Shown one piece after another: positions 17,422-26,863 of a stretch of 32,000 nt of DNA (positions within the stretch are counted from its first letter, which is position 1; the number at the start of each line of letters is the position of its first letter). The DNA comes from Candidatus Saccharimonadota bacterium. Its GTDB lineage: Archaea; Nanohalarchaeota; Nanosalinia; Nanosalinales; Nanosalinaceae. The position numbers were made by a program, and so were the translations under genes. The stretch spans positions 510,001 through 542,000 of the forward strand of contig NZ_CP180230.1 in the NCBI RefSeq assembly GCF_047555085.1, in the 5' to 3' direction. Under the pieces are notes generated by a model. The model was not told the origin of the DNA and made no database searches. It worked only from the letters and a program-made list of their open reading frames with translations.

Positions 17422-17457
17422 TCAGGATTAAATACATGGAGATACAAAACAGGCCTC

Positions 17458-18507
17458 ATGAAACTTTACAGCAAACTTGAAGGCCTCGAACTTCGTATTG
17501 AAAGTTTTGAGACAGAGACACGTGAGAAAAAAGTCTCGGAAAACTTCACAAGAAAAACCACTGTAGTCAAGTTCTCCGGCAACAGAAAGACGGGGAAAGG
17601 AGAAGACGTCATCTACGAACCGGAAAAACACTTCTATCCAGGCCTGGAACTTGAAGGAACATATACTTTCCACGAGTTCTCGCAAAAATTAGAGGAAGAA
17701 AAACTTTTCCCGGAAGACGTCGAATACGATAAAACCGATGAGAACTACAGGCGATGGGCAATCGAAAGCGCAGCACTCGACCTGGCGCTGAAACAGAACA
17801 ACCAAACACTGGCTGAAGCGCTTGGAGAAAGCTACAGGCCTCTAAGATTCGTCGTATCACTGAGTATGGACACTCCAAGTATCGAAAAATTACAGGACTT
17901 GATCGAACTCAACTCCAGTATAGAGTTCAAGTTAGATGCCTCAGAGGCCTGGGACGAAACTTTTGTCGAAAAACTTGTCGAGATGGACAGAGTAAAAGTA
18001 GTCGATCTCAAAGGCCACTACAAGAAAGAAAACGTCGGCATGAATCCAGATCCGGAAATCTATCGATTAATCGCGGAGAAGATGGACGCCCTGATCGAAG
18101 ATCCAAAACTCACAGACGAGACAGAAAAAGTACTGGAAAACTTCAAAGAACGCATCACATGGGACTACCCAATCACAGGCCTCAAATCAGTCAAAAAACT
18201 TCCATTCAGGCCTGACTATCTAAATATAAAGCCGTCAAGATTCGGCACAGTCAAATCCCTACTGGACACTATCGAATACTGCCAGGAAAACAACATACAG
18301 ATGTACGGCGGAGGCCAGTTCGAACTCGACATCGGAAGACAACACATCCACGCCGTCGCCTCAATCTTCTACCCCAAAGGCCCCAACGACGTAGCACCAA
18401 GAACATACAATCAAGAAAAAATACCGGAAAATCCTCCTAAAAGTCCACTGAGGCCTGAAAAAGACTTGGAAGGCCTGGAATGGAGATATAGAGATAACTC
18501 ATTTTGA
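17458..18507 (+). CDS. enolase-superfamily (mandelate racemase/muconate lactonising enzyme-like) protein
   Basis: AIESAALDLALKQNNQTLAEALG (capping domain), FKLDASEAW, LIEDP, WDYP, NIKPSRFGTV and GGQFELDIGRQHIHAVAS follow the order of the metal-ligand and barrel motifs of the superfamily. Confidence 0.6.
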   Translation: MKLYSKLEGLELRIESFETETREKKVSENFTRKTTVVKFSGNRKTGKGEDVIYEPEKHFYPGLELEGTYTFHEFSQKLEEEKLFPEDVEYDKTDENYRRWAIESAALDLALKQNNQTLAEALGESYRPLRFVVSLSMDTPSIEKLQDLIELNSSIEFKLDASEAWDETFVEKLVEMDRVKVVDLKGHYKKENVGMNPDPEIYRLIAEKMDALIEDPKLTDETEKVLENFKERITWDYPITGLKSVKKLPFRPDYLNIKPSRFGTVKSLLDTIEYCQENNIQMYGGGQFELDIGRQHIHAVASIFYPKGPNDVAPRTYNQEKIPENPPKSPLRPEKDLEGLEWRYRDNSF

Positions 18508-18526
18508 TGAAGCCTAGATAAATATT

Positions 18527-19081
18527 TTATTGAGAATTTCTCCATTGCACAAATCTCATTACGATTATAAAAAACCCAAACAGGCCGAAAAGCATACTAA
18601 CATTCCACATTACTATTGTAGGGTTGTTAGATAAAGCTACTGAGACTGTCATAGATTCCTCAGAAACACGTTCTAGTTTAACGTTAAACTGCTCTAATGA
18701 AACAGATTTCCCATTAGAAATATCGGCATGTACTTGTTCAGAAGTTCCGCTTTTCTTTATCACTAAATTACTCTCAACAGAGTAATCATGATCAATTAAT
18801 CCGTCCTCACCGATATCTTTGTCATTTTTCGAACAAACTAACTCCCTAGAAACATCAAAGAGACCTAGGGGAATTTCTTTACAATGTAATACTTCTTCAC
18901 CATTTGCACTAGTATCTAATTTATACTCTCCGCCATCTGTTACTATTTCTCCCTTCACTCCTACGAAGTTAAACACAGTAGCAACTAGAATAAAACCAAT
19001 AATAGCACCTTGAATGTATTTCATCCTATTAGGATCTTCAATAAATTCTGTGAAATCACTAAGCAACTCGATTACTGACAT
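18527..19081 (-). CDS. membrane protein (N- and C-terminal TM helices, extracytoplasmic middle), unknown function
   Basis: 184 aa with hydrophobic segments AIIGFILVATVFNFV and VSMLFGLFGFFIIVM. It lies in a low-GC, AGGCCT-free patch. Confidence 0.55.
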   Translation of the reverse strand: MSVIELLSDFTEFIEDPNRMKYIQGAIIGFILVATVFNFVGVKGEIVTDGGEYKLDTSANGEEVLHCKEIPLGLFDVSRELVCSKNDKDIGEDGLIDHDYSVESNLVIKKSGTSEQVHADISNGKSVSLEQFNVKLERVSEESMTVSVALSNNPTIVMWNVSMLFGLFGFFIIVMRFVQWRNSQ

Positions 19082-19156
19082 AATAAGTACATAGCATCTC
19101 CAACCGATTAGATTAAAGAAATGCTGGAAGTGGTAGATTGAGGCTCTACCAAGCCT

Positions 19157-19390
19157 TTATCTTTGTACTAATTCTTCAACAAATTCTGCTGCTCTAGTGC
19201 CGCCTTTTGTCATCATTAAAACCCCGATGATAAAGACGATTACCGTTAGTGACGGTCCCATAACTTCTGGACCTAGGCTACCAACGATATTAAGCCCTAG
19301 AAGCATCTCTGCCATAGGCTCTAGAGTAAGCAGAGTAAGAACTCCTCCCACTACTGTTGAATAGTGTTTGTCTACTGGCAAATTTTTCAC
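19157..19390 (-). CDS. small two-TM membrane protein
   Basis: 77 aa in the track (GTG 19390). A TTG at 19381 sits 8 nt after AAGGAGG and is the more likely start. It contains two hydrophobic helices. Confidence 0.5.
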   Translation of the reverse strand: MKNLPVDKHYSTVVGGVLTLLTLEPMAEMLLGLNIVGSLGPEVMGPSLTVIVFIIGVLMMTKGGTRAAEFVEELVQR

Positions 19391-19406
19391 CTCCTTAAAA
19401 ATTTAG

Positions 19407-19427
19407 GAAGGGAGATTTACTCCCTTT
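19407..19427 (-). terminator. stem-loop immediately after the nrdJ stop, followed by a U-run
   Basis: AAGGGAG (19408-19414) and CTCCCTT (19420-19426) form a 7 bp stem with a 5 nt loop. On the minus-strand RNA it is followed by CCUAAAUUUUU. Confidence 0.4.
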
Positions 19428-22370
19428 TCAGCACTTTGACCATCCACAGTCTGGGCATTTCTTGCAGCCTTCCTGTAGGACGAGCATGCCGCCGCAGTCT
19501 GGGCATTCTGGATTGCCTCCGTCTTCGACGATTGCTGATGCGTCGGCCTGGTCTGCTTCCTGTTCTACTTCTGTCTTGGCCTGTGTTGTTCCTGTGTCTT
19601 CAGCTGGTTCGTCGTACTGGTCGACTGTTTGCTGGCTTCCCTGTCCGCCTTTGAGATGCCTTTTCATGGCTTCTGCGATGGCGTCTGGGATTGAGTGGAT
19701 CTGTTGTCCCTGATCCCATGCAATCTGTGGGGAGCGGATGTCGTCAAGCTGATTGACGAGTTCTTCTGCGTCTGCACCGCTTCTCAAGGCCAGTGATGAG
19801 ACTCTTCCAAGGGCCTCTGTGAAGGACTGTGTGTATCCTCCACTTTTTCCGACTCTGGCGAATACTTCGAAAGGCCCGTTGTTCTCTGCGTCGTTGATTG
19901 TGACGAAGAGATCTCCGTAGGCTGTCTCAATTTCCTGTGTTGTGCCGTTGACGACGTTAGGCCTCTCCTCGACTCCGTTGGACTTGCTCATCTTTGTGGA
20001 GTTGTCCGGTGTCGTGGAGTCTGCTTCTACGCCTTCCTGTGTGACTTCCTTGGAGAGATCTTCTGTCTCTTCCTGGACTTCCATGTCTGTGTCGCCGACG
20101 ACTTCCTTGAACTCGTTGGAGCTCAACAGGCTTTCTGCCCCGCCGAACTCTTCGATGACTTCGGAAAGCATGTCGACTTTGTCCATGTCTGTCAAGGTGT
20201 TCTCCTTGTTGGTCTGCATGACCTGTGTCTCTCTTGTACCGTCTCTGTACACTGTCATGCCTTTGACGCCTTTATCGTAGGCCCTCATATAGGCCTCTCT
20301 GACGTCTTCCTTTGTAGCCGAGTTAGGGAAGTTGCATGTCTTGGAGATTCCCGAGTGATTGTGGTACTGGAAAGCTGCCTGGATGTCGACGTGTTCCTTG
20401 GCGCTTACCTGATTGGCTGTGGCAAACATCTCCTTGACATCTGCCGGAAGAACCTCGTCAGGGATGCTTTCTACTCCTTCCCATTCGTTGTTCTCCATCT
20501 TCTCCTGCGCAGCTGCCTTGACTTCCTCGATGTCAACGTCGTTGGCTTCAAGAGCTTTGATGAAGTAGTCGTCGAACTCGACGAGCATGTCTTCTCCCTG
20601 GATGTCCTTTGCAACGTTCTTGAAGTAGGCCAGGCTGAAGATTGGCTCGCATCCTCCGGATGTGTTTCCGATCATGGAAGTCGTTCCTGTCGGTGCGATC
20701 GTTACAGTGTTGTGATTTCTCATCTTTAGGCCGTCTTCAAAGTCTTCTGCGTCCAGGCCTCCTGTGTACTGCTCGAACCAGTCTTCGTGTTCTGTTGGAT
20801 TTGCCCACTTGGATTTCTCCCATTCAGGGAACTCTCCACGTACATCGGCAAGCCTGTTAGATTCCTCGATGCTGAAGCGTGTGATAACTCTCTGGATCTC
20901 TTTCGCTGCTGCAACTGATTCATCTGATCCGTAGCGGATTCCGAGCTGGATCAGCATCTGAGCGAATCCCATAAGGCCCAGTCCGACTTTTCTGAGGTCT
21001 GTAACTGTTTCCTCGATCTCCTCCAGTGGGAAGTCACTCATTGTGACGACGTTGTCAAGGAATCTGAGGCCTGTCTTCGCTACATCCTCGAACTCTTCCA
21101 TGTCAAGTGCGTCGTGGATGTACTCCTGCATAGCTGCCTCAAGATCGCCTTCATCCTCGAAGTCGTAACGATCCTGATTCTCCTGTTTCCATTCAGGGAA
21201 GGAAAGAGCTGTGCCGTCTCCCTGATCCTCTACAAGCAAGGAAAGATTGATGTGGCCAAGATTACAGGCCTCGTAGTTCTCGAGAGGCTGCTCTCCACAC
21301 GGATTCGTGGCCTCGATGCTGTGTTCAGGATGCTTCTCTACGTCGAATGAGTGCATCTCGTTGGTCTCATCGTACATGAACAGGCCTGGCTCTCCGTTTC
21401 TCCAGGCTCCGTCGATCAAAGTTTCCCAGATGAAACGTGCTGGAAGAGTCATCTCTTCGCCAGGTTCAAGCTCGATATCGAACTCGTCGATCTCATCTCC
21501 GAACGTGTGTGAGTGATCTCTCCAGAAGTTATCGTCTCTTCCCTGATCGGATCCTGAGGCCTCAGGATACCAGTCCTCATCGCTGTTGTAGAACTGTGCG
21601 GTCATCTCAGAGACTTCGAAAGGCTCGTCGGTTCGAGGATTGATCAACGTGTACTCCTCATCGTTCTTGACGGCTTCCATGAAGTCACTTGTCAGGCCTA
21701 CAGAGATGTTGAAGTTGGAAAGATTTCCTTCCTTTCTCTTGGCTGTGATGAAACGTAGAACGTCAGGATGGTCGATACGCATGATGCCCATCTGGGCTCC
21801 TCTACGTTTTCCTCCCTGCTTGATCGTTCCACACATGGTGTCGAACACCTGCTGGAAGCTCATAGGCCCGGAGGAAACTCCTCCAGTAGAACTTACGATA
21901 TCTCCCTTAGGCCTCATAAGATGGAAAGGATATCCCATTCCTCCTCCACTCTGGAAGATCTTTGCAGCGTCGTGAACAGTAGAAAAGATCGAGTCCATAT
22001 CGTCTTCAGGATGGACAACGAAACATGCTGAAAGCTGCTGAAGATCTGCTCCAGCATTCATAAGTGTTGGAGAGTTAGGCATGAACTTCTGATGTGTCAT
22101 CAGGTCGTAGAACTCTTTCCATGAGTCCTCAAAGTCTACATCGTCGTACTCCTTGTCTGGCTGTGCAACGTTCTTAGCGACACGTTCGAACATCTCCTCA
22201 GGAGTCTCTGTGACGTTTCCGTCCTTGTCTTTGAGAAGATATCGGGCTGGAAGAATCCTGTCATAGGCGTTCTCTGTCAGCCTTTCCTCGACTGTATCGC
22301 CTGTTGTGCGTTTTACCGGTAGTTTGAAATCTGCTTTCTGCTTGATGTCGTTTTTCATCTTGTGGATCAC
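19428..22370 (-). CDS. nrdJ: adenosylcobalamin-dependent ribonucleotide reductase, class II
   Basis: 980 aa. Active-site region [22 protein letters not shown], with [13 protein letters not shown] and GMTVYRDG. The C-terminal zinc ribbon is CPDCGG...CKKCPDCG. The start is GTG 22370 or ATG 22358. Confidence 0.95.
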   Translation of the reverse strand: MIHKMKNDIKQKADFKLPVKRTTGDTVEERLTENAYDRILPARYLLKDKDGNVTETPEEMFERVAKNVAQPDKEYDDVDFEDSWKEFYDLMTHQKFMPNSPTLMNAGADLQQLSACFVVHPEDDMDSIFSTVHDAAKIFQSGGGMGYPFHLMRPKGDIVSSTGGVSSGPMSFQQVFDTMCGTIKQGGKRRGAQMGIMRIDHPDVLRFITAKRKEGNLSNFNISVGLTSDFMEAVKNDEEYTLINPRTDEPFEVSEMTAQFYNSDEDWYPEASGSDQGRDDNFWRDHSHTFGDEIDEFDIELEPGEEMTLPARFIWETLIDGAWRNGEPGLFMYDETNEMHSFDVEKHPEHSIEATNPCGEQPLENYEACNLGHINLSLLVEDQGDGTALSFPEWKQENQDRYDFEDEGDLEAAMQEYIHDALDMEEFEDVAKTGLRFLDNVVTMSDFPLEEIEETVTDLRKVGLGLMGFAQMLIQLGIRYGSDESVAAAKEIQRVITRFSIEESNRLADVRGEFPEWEKSKWANPTEHEDWFEQYTGGLDAEDFEDGLKMRNHNTVTIAPTGTTSMIGNTSGGCEPIFSLAYFKNVAKDIQGEDMLVEFDDYFIKALEANDVDIEEVKAAAQEKMENNEWEGVESIPDEVLPADVKEMFATANQVSAKEHVDIQAAFQYHNHSGISKTCNFPNSATKEDVREAYMRAYDKGVKGMTVYRDGTRETQVMQTNKENTLTDMDKVDMLSEVIEEFGGAESLLSSNEFKEVVGDTDMEVQEETEDLSKEVTQEGVEADSTTPDNSTKMSKSNGVEERPNVVNGTTQEIETAYGDLFVTINDAENNGPFEVFARVGKSGGYTQSFTEALGRVSSLALRSGADAEELVNQLDDIRSPQIAWDQGQQIHSIPDAIAEAMKRHLKGGQGSQQTVDQYDEPAEDTGTTQAKTEVEQEADQADASAIVEDGGNPECPDCGGMLVLQEGCKKCPDCGWSKC

Positions 22371-22407
22371 ATTCTTTGTTGTTTTGCTTTTGGAACAAAT
22401 ACTAGCA

Positions 22408-22854
22408 TTATTTTTCAGCTTCTTTCAGCTGCTCAACTTCTTTCTGGAAAGATTCAACGTCCTCAAATTTTTCGTAGACTGATGCAAAACGGATATAGGC
22501 CACCTGATTCCTTTTCTTCAGGGCCTCCATAACAAGATCGCCGATATGCTCTGCAGAGACTTCTTTCTCTCCTCTAATTTTTTCTTTGACTTCCTCGATC
22601 ATTTCCTCGATCTCGTCTTCCTCGACTTTGGTGTTTTTCGTGGCGTTTTCTATACCGCTCCTGACTTTCTCCTCGTCGAATTTTTCGTCTTCGCCGTCTC
22701 TCTTAGTCACAGTTATATCGAAGCTTTCTGCAGTCTCGTAAGTTGTGAAACGGCGGCCACAGTCCTTGCATTCTCTTCTTCTGCGGATTTTCTCACAGCT
22801 ATCTCTCGTGTCGATAACCTTAGATTTTCCGTTGCCGCAGTAGATACACTTCAT
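22408..22854 (-). CDS. nrdR: NrdR transcriptional repressor (zinc ribbon + ATP-cone)
   Basis: [19 protein letters not shown]...[17 protein letters not shown] is followed by an ATP-cone-like region ([16 protein letters not shown]...). It lies 37 nt upstream of nrdJ on the same strand. Confidence 0.9.
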   Translation of the reverse strand: MKCIYCGNGKSKVIDTRDSCEKIRRRRECKDCGRRFTTYETAESFDITVTKRDGEDEKFDEEKVRSGIENATKNTKVEEDEIEEMIEEVKEKIRGEKEVSAEHIGDLVMEALKKRNQVAYIRFASVYEKFEDVESFQKEVEQLKEAEK

Positions 22855-22898
22855 GGGATATAGTTACCTCTAGTTCTTTTTCAGCTAAACTGCACTAA

Positions 22899-22946
22899 GT
22901 TACATATATAGGGAGAACCTCGGTCCCCTCCCCCTACATATCGTGC
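22899..22946 (-). promoter_or_regulatory. candidate NrdR-box pair / TATA region upstream of nrdR
   Basis: CCCCTACATATCGTGC (22931-22946) matches 11 of 16 positions of the bacterial NrdR-box consensus acaCwAtATaTwGtgt. GTTACATATATAGGGA (22899-22914) matches mainly in one half. The centres are 32 bp apart. The ATATATA may simply be the TATA box. Confidence 0.3.
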
Positions 22947-23078
22947 TTCGCATCCACCAATTAGACACCCTTCCCTTAAATACTCTGCCATGTTAACACC
23001 GTTCGAACAGCGTGAATGTTCACCGAGCCATAACAACGAATCGATGGTGTTTTAACTGTTTTCTGCATATCCACAACT

Positions 23079-23933
23079 ATGGCAAATGGGCCTCACTCCG
23101 CAGACGTCGCACAGCGATATATTTTACAGGCTATGCGTGCTACAGGCCTCGCTGAAAAAGTTACAGAGCTGATGGAGAGGCCTCACACTCACAACGGCAT
23201 GGAGGAATGGAGTATAGGCGAAGTTTTCGAAGATGAAGTTCTCAGAGGATTTGATCCGCAGGATTTTCAGGATGAGGCGCTTGAGATGCCGGATTACGGT
23301 TTCAGGGCGCTTGATCAGATATACGGGAGTATAGATACTACGAGTGATGGGAACAAGAGGCTTGAAGGCCTCCGGGCGCTTGATATAGGATGGGATTTTC
23401 CTGTAGAAGGTCGTACTGAGCGTGACTGGAAGCAAAATTACAGGGAGGCAGGCCTGACGGATAATGTGGACGGAGAACTCCAGGTGAGTCGTGAAGGACA
23501 GGTGTTTTTGAACACTGATCCACGGGATTACGAGCTTGATGGCGTAGGAGTTGAGGATGTAGGGGAAGTCTACCGGGATCTGACGACGAAAAAACTTGAT
23601 GAAGATGTGTCCGGTAGAAAGCTTGAAGCTCTTTTCATGTACGGGGCCGGTATGACTCACAGAGAAGTCAGTGATGCGACAGGCCTGACATACGGGACGA
23701 CGAAAAACTTTGCATACGCCATGAAGGATGATCACGATCTCCTTACCGATAACTACCGTTTGACGCCTGAAGGATTCGAGTTCGCGAACATGGTACTCGA
23801 CCAACTGGATCTCCTGGAAGAAGCTACAGAGGCCCGTGTACAGGAAGAATACGGCGCTTGGAGTGATGTAGATCCTTCAGACTTCGGCGGCAACGAGTAT
23901 ATGGCTCAGGCCCTGAAGGACAGTGCCACGTGA
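23079..23933 (+). CDS. hypothetical protein with C-terminal winged-HTH-like segment
   Basis: 284 aa. GMTHREVSDATGLTYGTTKNFAYAMKDDHDLLTDNYRLTPEGFEF looks like an HTH plus wing. The N-terminal two-thirds are unrecognised. Confidence 0.55.
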   Translation: MANGPHSADVAQRYILQAMRATGLAEKVTELMERPHTHNGMEEWSIGEVFEDEVLRGFDPQDFQDEALEMPDYGFRALDQIYGSIDTTSDGNKRLEGLRALDIGWDFPVEGRTERDWKQNYREAGLTDNVDGELQVSREGQVFLNTDPRDYELDGVGVEDVGEVYRDLTTKKLDEDVSGRKLEALFMYGAGMTHREVSDATGLTYGTTKNFAYAMKDDHDLLTDNYRLTPEGFEFANMVLDQLDLLEEATEARVQEEYGAWSDVDPSDFGGNEYMAQALKDSAT

Positions 23934-23979
23934 TTTTTGAAACTTCCATACAAAATACTGCTTGAAGGATTCAGATACT

Positions 23980-25773
23980 ATGACAGAGAAAATCGTTCCT
24001 GACACATCCATAATCATCGACGGAAAACTTTCAGATCTTATAGAGACCGGAGAAGTAGATGCAGAAATTATAATCCCGGAATTTGTCGTTGATGAGCTTG
24101 AGAATCAGGCAAACCGTGGACAGGAAACAGGGTACAAAGGATTCGAAGAGATAAAGAAAATTAGAGAACTATGCGAGGAAAAAGGCCTGGAGCTAAACTT
24201 TACAGGCCGCAGGCCTACAGAGGAAGAGATAAATCTGGCGAACAACGGCCGTATCGATGCATTGATCCGTGACGTCGCCGAGGAAAAATCAGCTACACTT
24301 TATACAGGAGATATCGTACAGGCCCGTGTAGCAGACGCAAAGGGAATCAAACACAGACTTTTCGAAAAAGAACGTGTCACAGAGTTCTCGCTGGAAGAGT
24401 ACTTCGATGAAAAAACTATGAGTGTGCATCTGAAACAGGGAGCAGTACCAAAGGCGAAGAGAGGCCTCCCAGGACAGTTCAGGCTTGAGGAGATAAGAGA
24501 CGAGCCGCTTTCAAAAGAAGATATCGAAAAGATAATTTCAGAGACTATCGAGAAGGCGGAGATCTCGGATGAAGGCCTTATAGAGATGCAGAAGGAAGGT
24601 GCTACAGTGCTTCAGATCGGAAGATACAGGATTGCGATGACCAGGCCTCCTTTCTCCGAGGCTGCGGAGATCACGGCTGTAAGGCCTGTCGCAAAAGTTT
24701 CACTGGACGATTACGAGATGAGTGAGAAGCTTCTCACAAGATTGAGGACAGAGGCCGAGGGAATCCTTGTTGCCGGAGCACCAGGACACGGAAAATCTAC
24801 TTTTGCTCAGGCTCTGGCAGAGTACTACGAGGAGAACAATCAGGTCGTCAAGACTATGGAGAAGCCGCGTGATCTCGATGTAGGCCCTGACATAACACAG
24901 TACTCGGCTCTAGAGGATTCCATGGAGAACACTGGCGACTTCCTTCTACTGGCGAGGCCCGATTACACGATCTTCGATGAGGTCAGGAAGACTTCTGATT
25001 TCGAGGTTTTCTCGGATATGAGGATGGCCGGTGTGGGGATGATCGGTATAGTTCATGCCTCTGAGGCAGTCGATGCCGTGCAGCGTTTGATCGGGCGCGT
25101 AGAGCTGGGAATGATCCCACAGGTCTGTGACACAGTCATCCATATCCGTGACGCAGAGATCTCGAAGGTGTACAAGTTACAGCTGAAAGTTAAAGTTCCT
25201 GAGGGAATGACTGAGGAGGATCTGGCGAGGCCTGTTATACAGATTCAGAACTTTGAGACTGAAGAGGCCGAATATGAGATTTATACTTACGGAGAGGAGA
25301 CAGTTGTCGTTCCTACTTCGGGAGAGACAGAGGAGTCTGGTGCGGAAAGACTTGCGCGTAAGCAGCTTGAGCACCAGTTGAGACAGTACGTGGACAATCC
25401 GGAGATAGAGTTCATTTCAGACGATCATATCAAGTTGTTCGTGGATGAAGACGACATCTCCCATATTATAGGGAAGGGCGGTGAAAATATTGACCGTATC
25501 GAGGAAGAACTTGGTATCGATATAACTGTAGAGCCGAGAGGAGAGATCACAAAACAGAGTGTAGACTACAGTATAGAGGAACGTGGAAAATCTGTTGTCA
25601 TCGAAATCGGAGCAGAATACGCAGGAAAGGAAGTTGATGTCCAGAGAAACGGAGAATTCCTTTTCGCTGCCACAGTCGGGAAGAAAGGTGAAGTCTCACT
25701 GACAAAGGAGTCAGATCTTGCAGACCAGGTGCTCAACGCACATGCCAGAGGCCAGCTACAGGTCAAGTCCTGA
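23980..25773 (+). CDS. PIN domain + PilT-like ATPase + KH domain protein (archaeal COG1855 type)
   Basis: The N-terminus IVPDTSIIIDGKLSDL is PIN-like, the Walker A motif is GAPGHGKST and the C-terminal KH motif is IIGKGGENIDRIEEELGIDI. ATG 23980 is preferred to TTG 23962. Confidence 0.85.
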   Translation: MTEKIVPDTSIIIDGKLSDLIETGEVDAEIIIPEFVVDELENQANRGQETGYKGFEEIKKIRELCEEKGLELNFTGRRPTEEEINLANNGRIDALIRDVAEEKSATLYTGDIVQARVADAKGIKHRLFEKERVTEFSLEEYFDEKTMSVHLKQGAVPKAKRGLPGQFRLEEIRDEPLSKEDIEKIISETIEKAEISDEGLIEMQKEGATVLQIGRYRIAMTRPPFSEAAEITAVRPVAKVSLDDYEMSEKLLTRLRTEAEGILVAGAPGHGKSTFAQALAEYYEENNQVVKTMEKPRDLDVGPDITQYSALEDSMENTGDFLLLARPDYTIFDEVRKTSDFEVFSDMRMAGVGMIGIVHASEAVDAVQRLIGRVELGMIPQVCDTVIHIRDAEISKVYKLQLKVKVPEGMTEEDLARPVIQIQNFETEEAEYEIYTYGEETVVVPTSGETEESGAERLARKQLEHQLRQYVDNPEIEFISDDHIKLFVDEDDISHIIGKGGENIDRIEEELGIDITVEPRGEITKQSVDYSIEERGKSVVIEIGAEYAGKEVDVQRNGEFLFAATVGKKGEVSLTKESDLADQVLNAHARGQLQVKS

Positions 25774-25846
25774 AGTTGACTAATTTCAAAGGCCTCTACA
25801 TTTTTCCCACATTATCTTTTAATCCAAGCAACTCGTTTTCTAGACT

Positions 25847-26812
25847 GTGAAACAGGTACAGATCAACATCCCTGACGAGAACACAGAACAGGTACGTGAA
25901 GTACTTGGGAAATACAGCTCTGACATACTTTCTATGGATGGAGAGAGCGATGAGGAAAAGATAACTGTTCTCACAGCGACCGTAGAATCAGAGGATGTTG
26001 ATGAACTCTCGAAAGAGCTTAAATCGATCAAAGAGCTTGATTCCGGAGAATTGAAGATAAGACTGATCGATCAACAGGCCCTCATAGAGAAAGGGCAGAA
26101 AACGCGTGGCTCATCCACCAAGCTCTCTCAGGAGGAAGTATACAGCAAGGCCCAGGAATCATCAACATTTAACAGGCCTCAATGGATGCTTATGGGACTT
26201 TCATCGGCCATAGCAGCGTATGGGCTTATGCTGAACAATATAGCCGTAGTTATTGGGGCGATGATGCTGGCACCTGTACTTTCACCTATCGTTTCAAGCT
26301 CTATCGCCCTGACAGTCGGCGATGGAAAACTGCTGAAAGAAGGTCTTTTCACAGGTATAGGAGGAGGCCTACTGGCCATACTGATTTCCGGGATCTCTGT
26401 AATCCCTTTCAATCCTACAGTCAACTCCACAATGAATTTAATTGTATCAGCAGGCCTTGAAAATCTGTTGCTGTCTCTTTTCGTAGGTTCAGCAGCAGCT
26501 CTCGCATTCGTCACAGGCTACAGGGATCAGATAGCAGGAGTGGCTGTCGCTGTTGCACTTGTTCCACCGCTTGCAGCTGCAGGAATAGGCCTCAGAGTAC
26601 AGAACTTGTTTTTCACATATAATGCAGTTTCACTTGCACTGATCAACTTGCTTGCAGTACTTGTCTCCGGCTCTGTCTCACTGAAGCTTCTTGGGTTCAA
26701 GCCATCTACATACTACAAGAAAAAGACTGCTGAAAGATTGAGATACGTTCTTCCTGTTGCTGTAGTAGTTATGCTGGCTGTGGCAACGATTTTGCTTATG
26801 AATCCTTACTAG
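25847..26812 (+). CDS. DUF389 family membrane protein
   Basis: 321 aa with a GTG start. A soluble N-terminal domain is followed by about 5-6 TM helices. This architecture and the AVVIGAMMLAPVLSPI / VALVPPLAAAGIGL segments are typical of DUF389 (TIGR00341-like). Confidence 0.7.
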   Translation: MKQVQINIPDENTEQVREVLGKYSSDILSMDGESDEEKITVLTATVESEDVDELSKELKSIKELDSGELKIRLIDQQALIEKGQKTRGSSTKLSQEEVYSKAQESSTFNRPQWMLMGLSSAIAAYGLMLNNIAVVIGAMMLAPVLSPIVSSSIALTVGDGKLLKEGLFTGIGGGLLAILISGISVIPFNPTVNSTMNLIVSAGLENLLLSLFVGSAAALAFVTGYRDQIAGVAVAVALVPPLAAAGIGLRVQNLFFTYNAVSLALINLLAVLVSGSVSLKLLGFKPSTYYKKKTAERLRYVLPVAVVVMLAVATILLMNPY

Positions 26813-26863
26813 AAAGTAAAGATCAGCGGCAGAAATTAAATGAAAAATGAAAGGAGGAAGCCT

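Noticed and set aside
19428-22370. Possible intein or mobile insertion in the 980 aa NrdJ
   Set aside because: The extra length is explained by acidic low-complexity linkers (e.g. around [31 protein letters not shown]). No intein splice-junction blocks (Cys/Ser ... His-Asn-Cys/Ser/Thr) or homing-endonuclease motifs were seen.
23124-23804. 226 aa minus-strand ORF opposite ORF 23079-23933
   Set aside because: It has a basic, Ile/Phe/Arg-rich composition that is inconsistent with the acidic proteome. The sense ORF has an HTH-like segment and a proper intergenic context.
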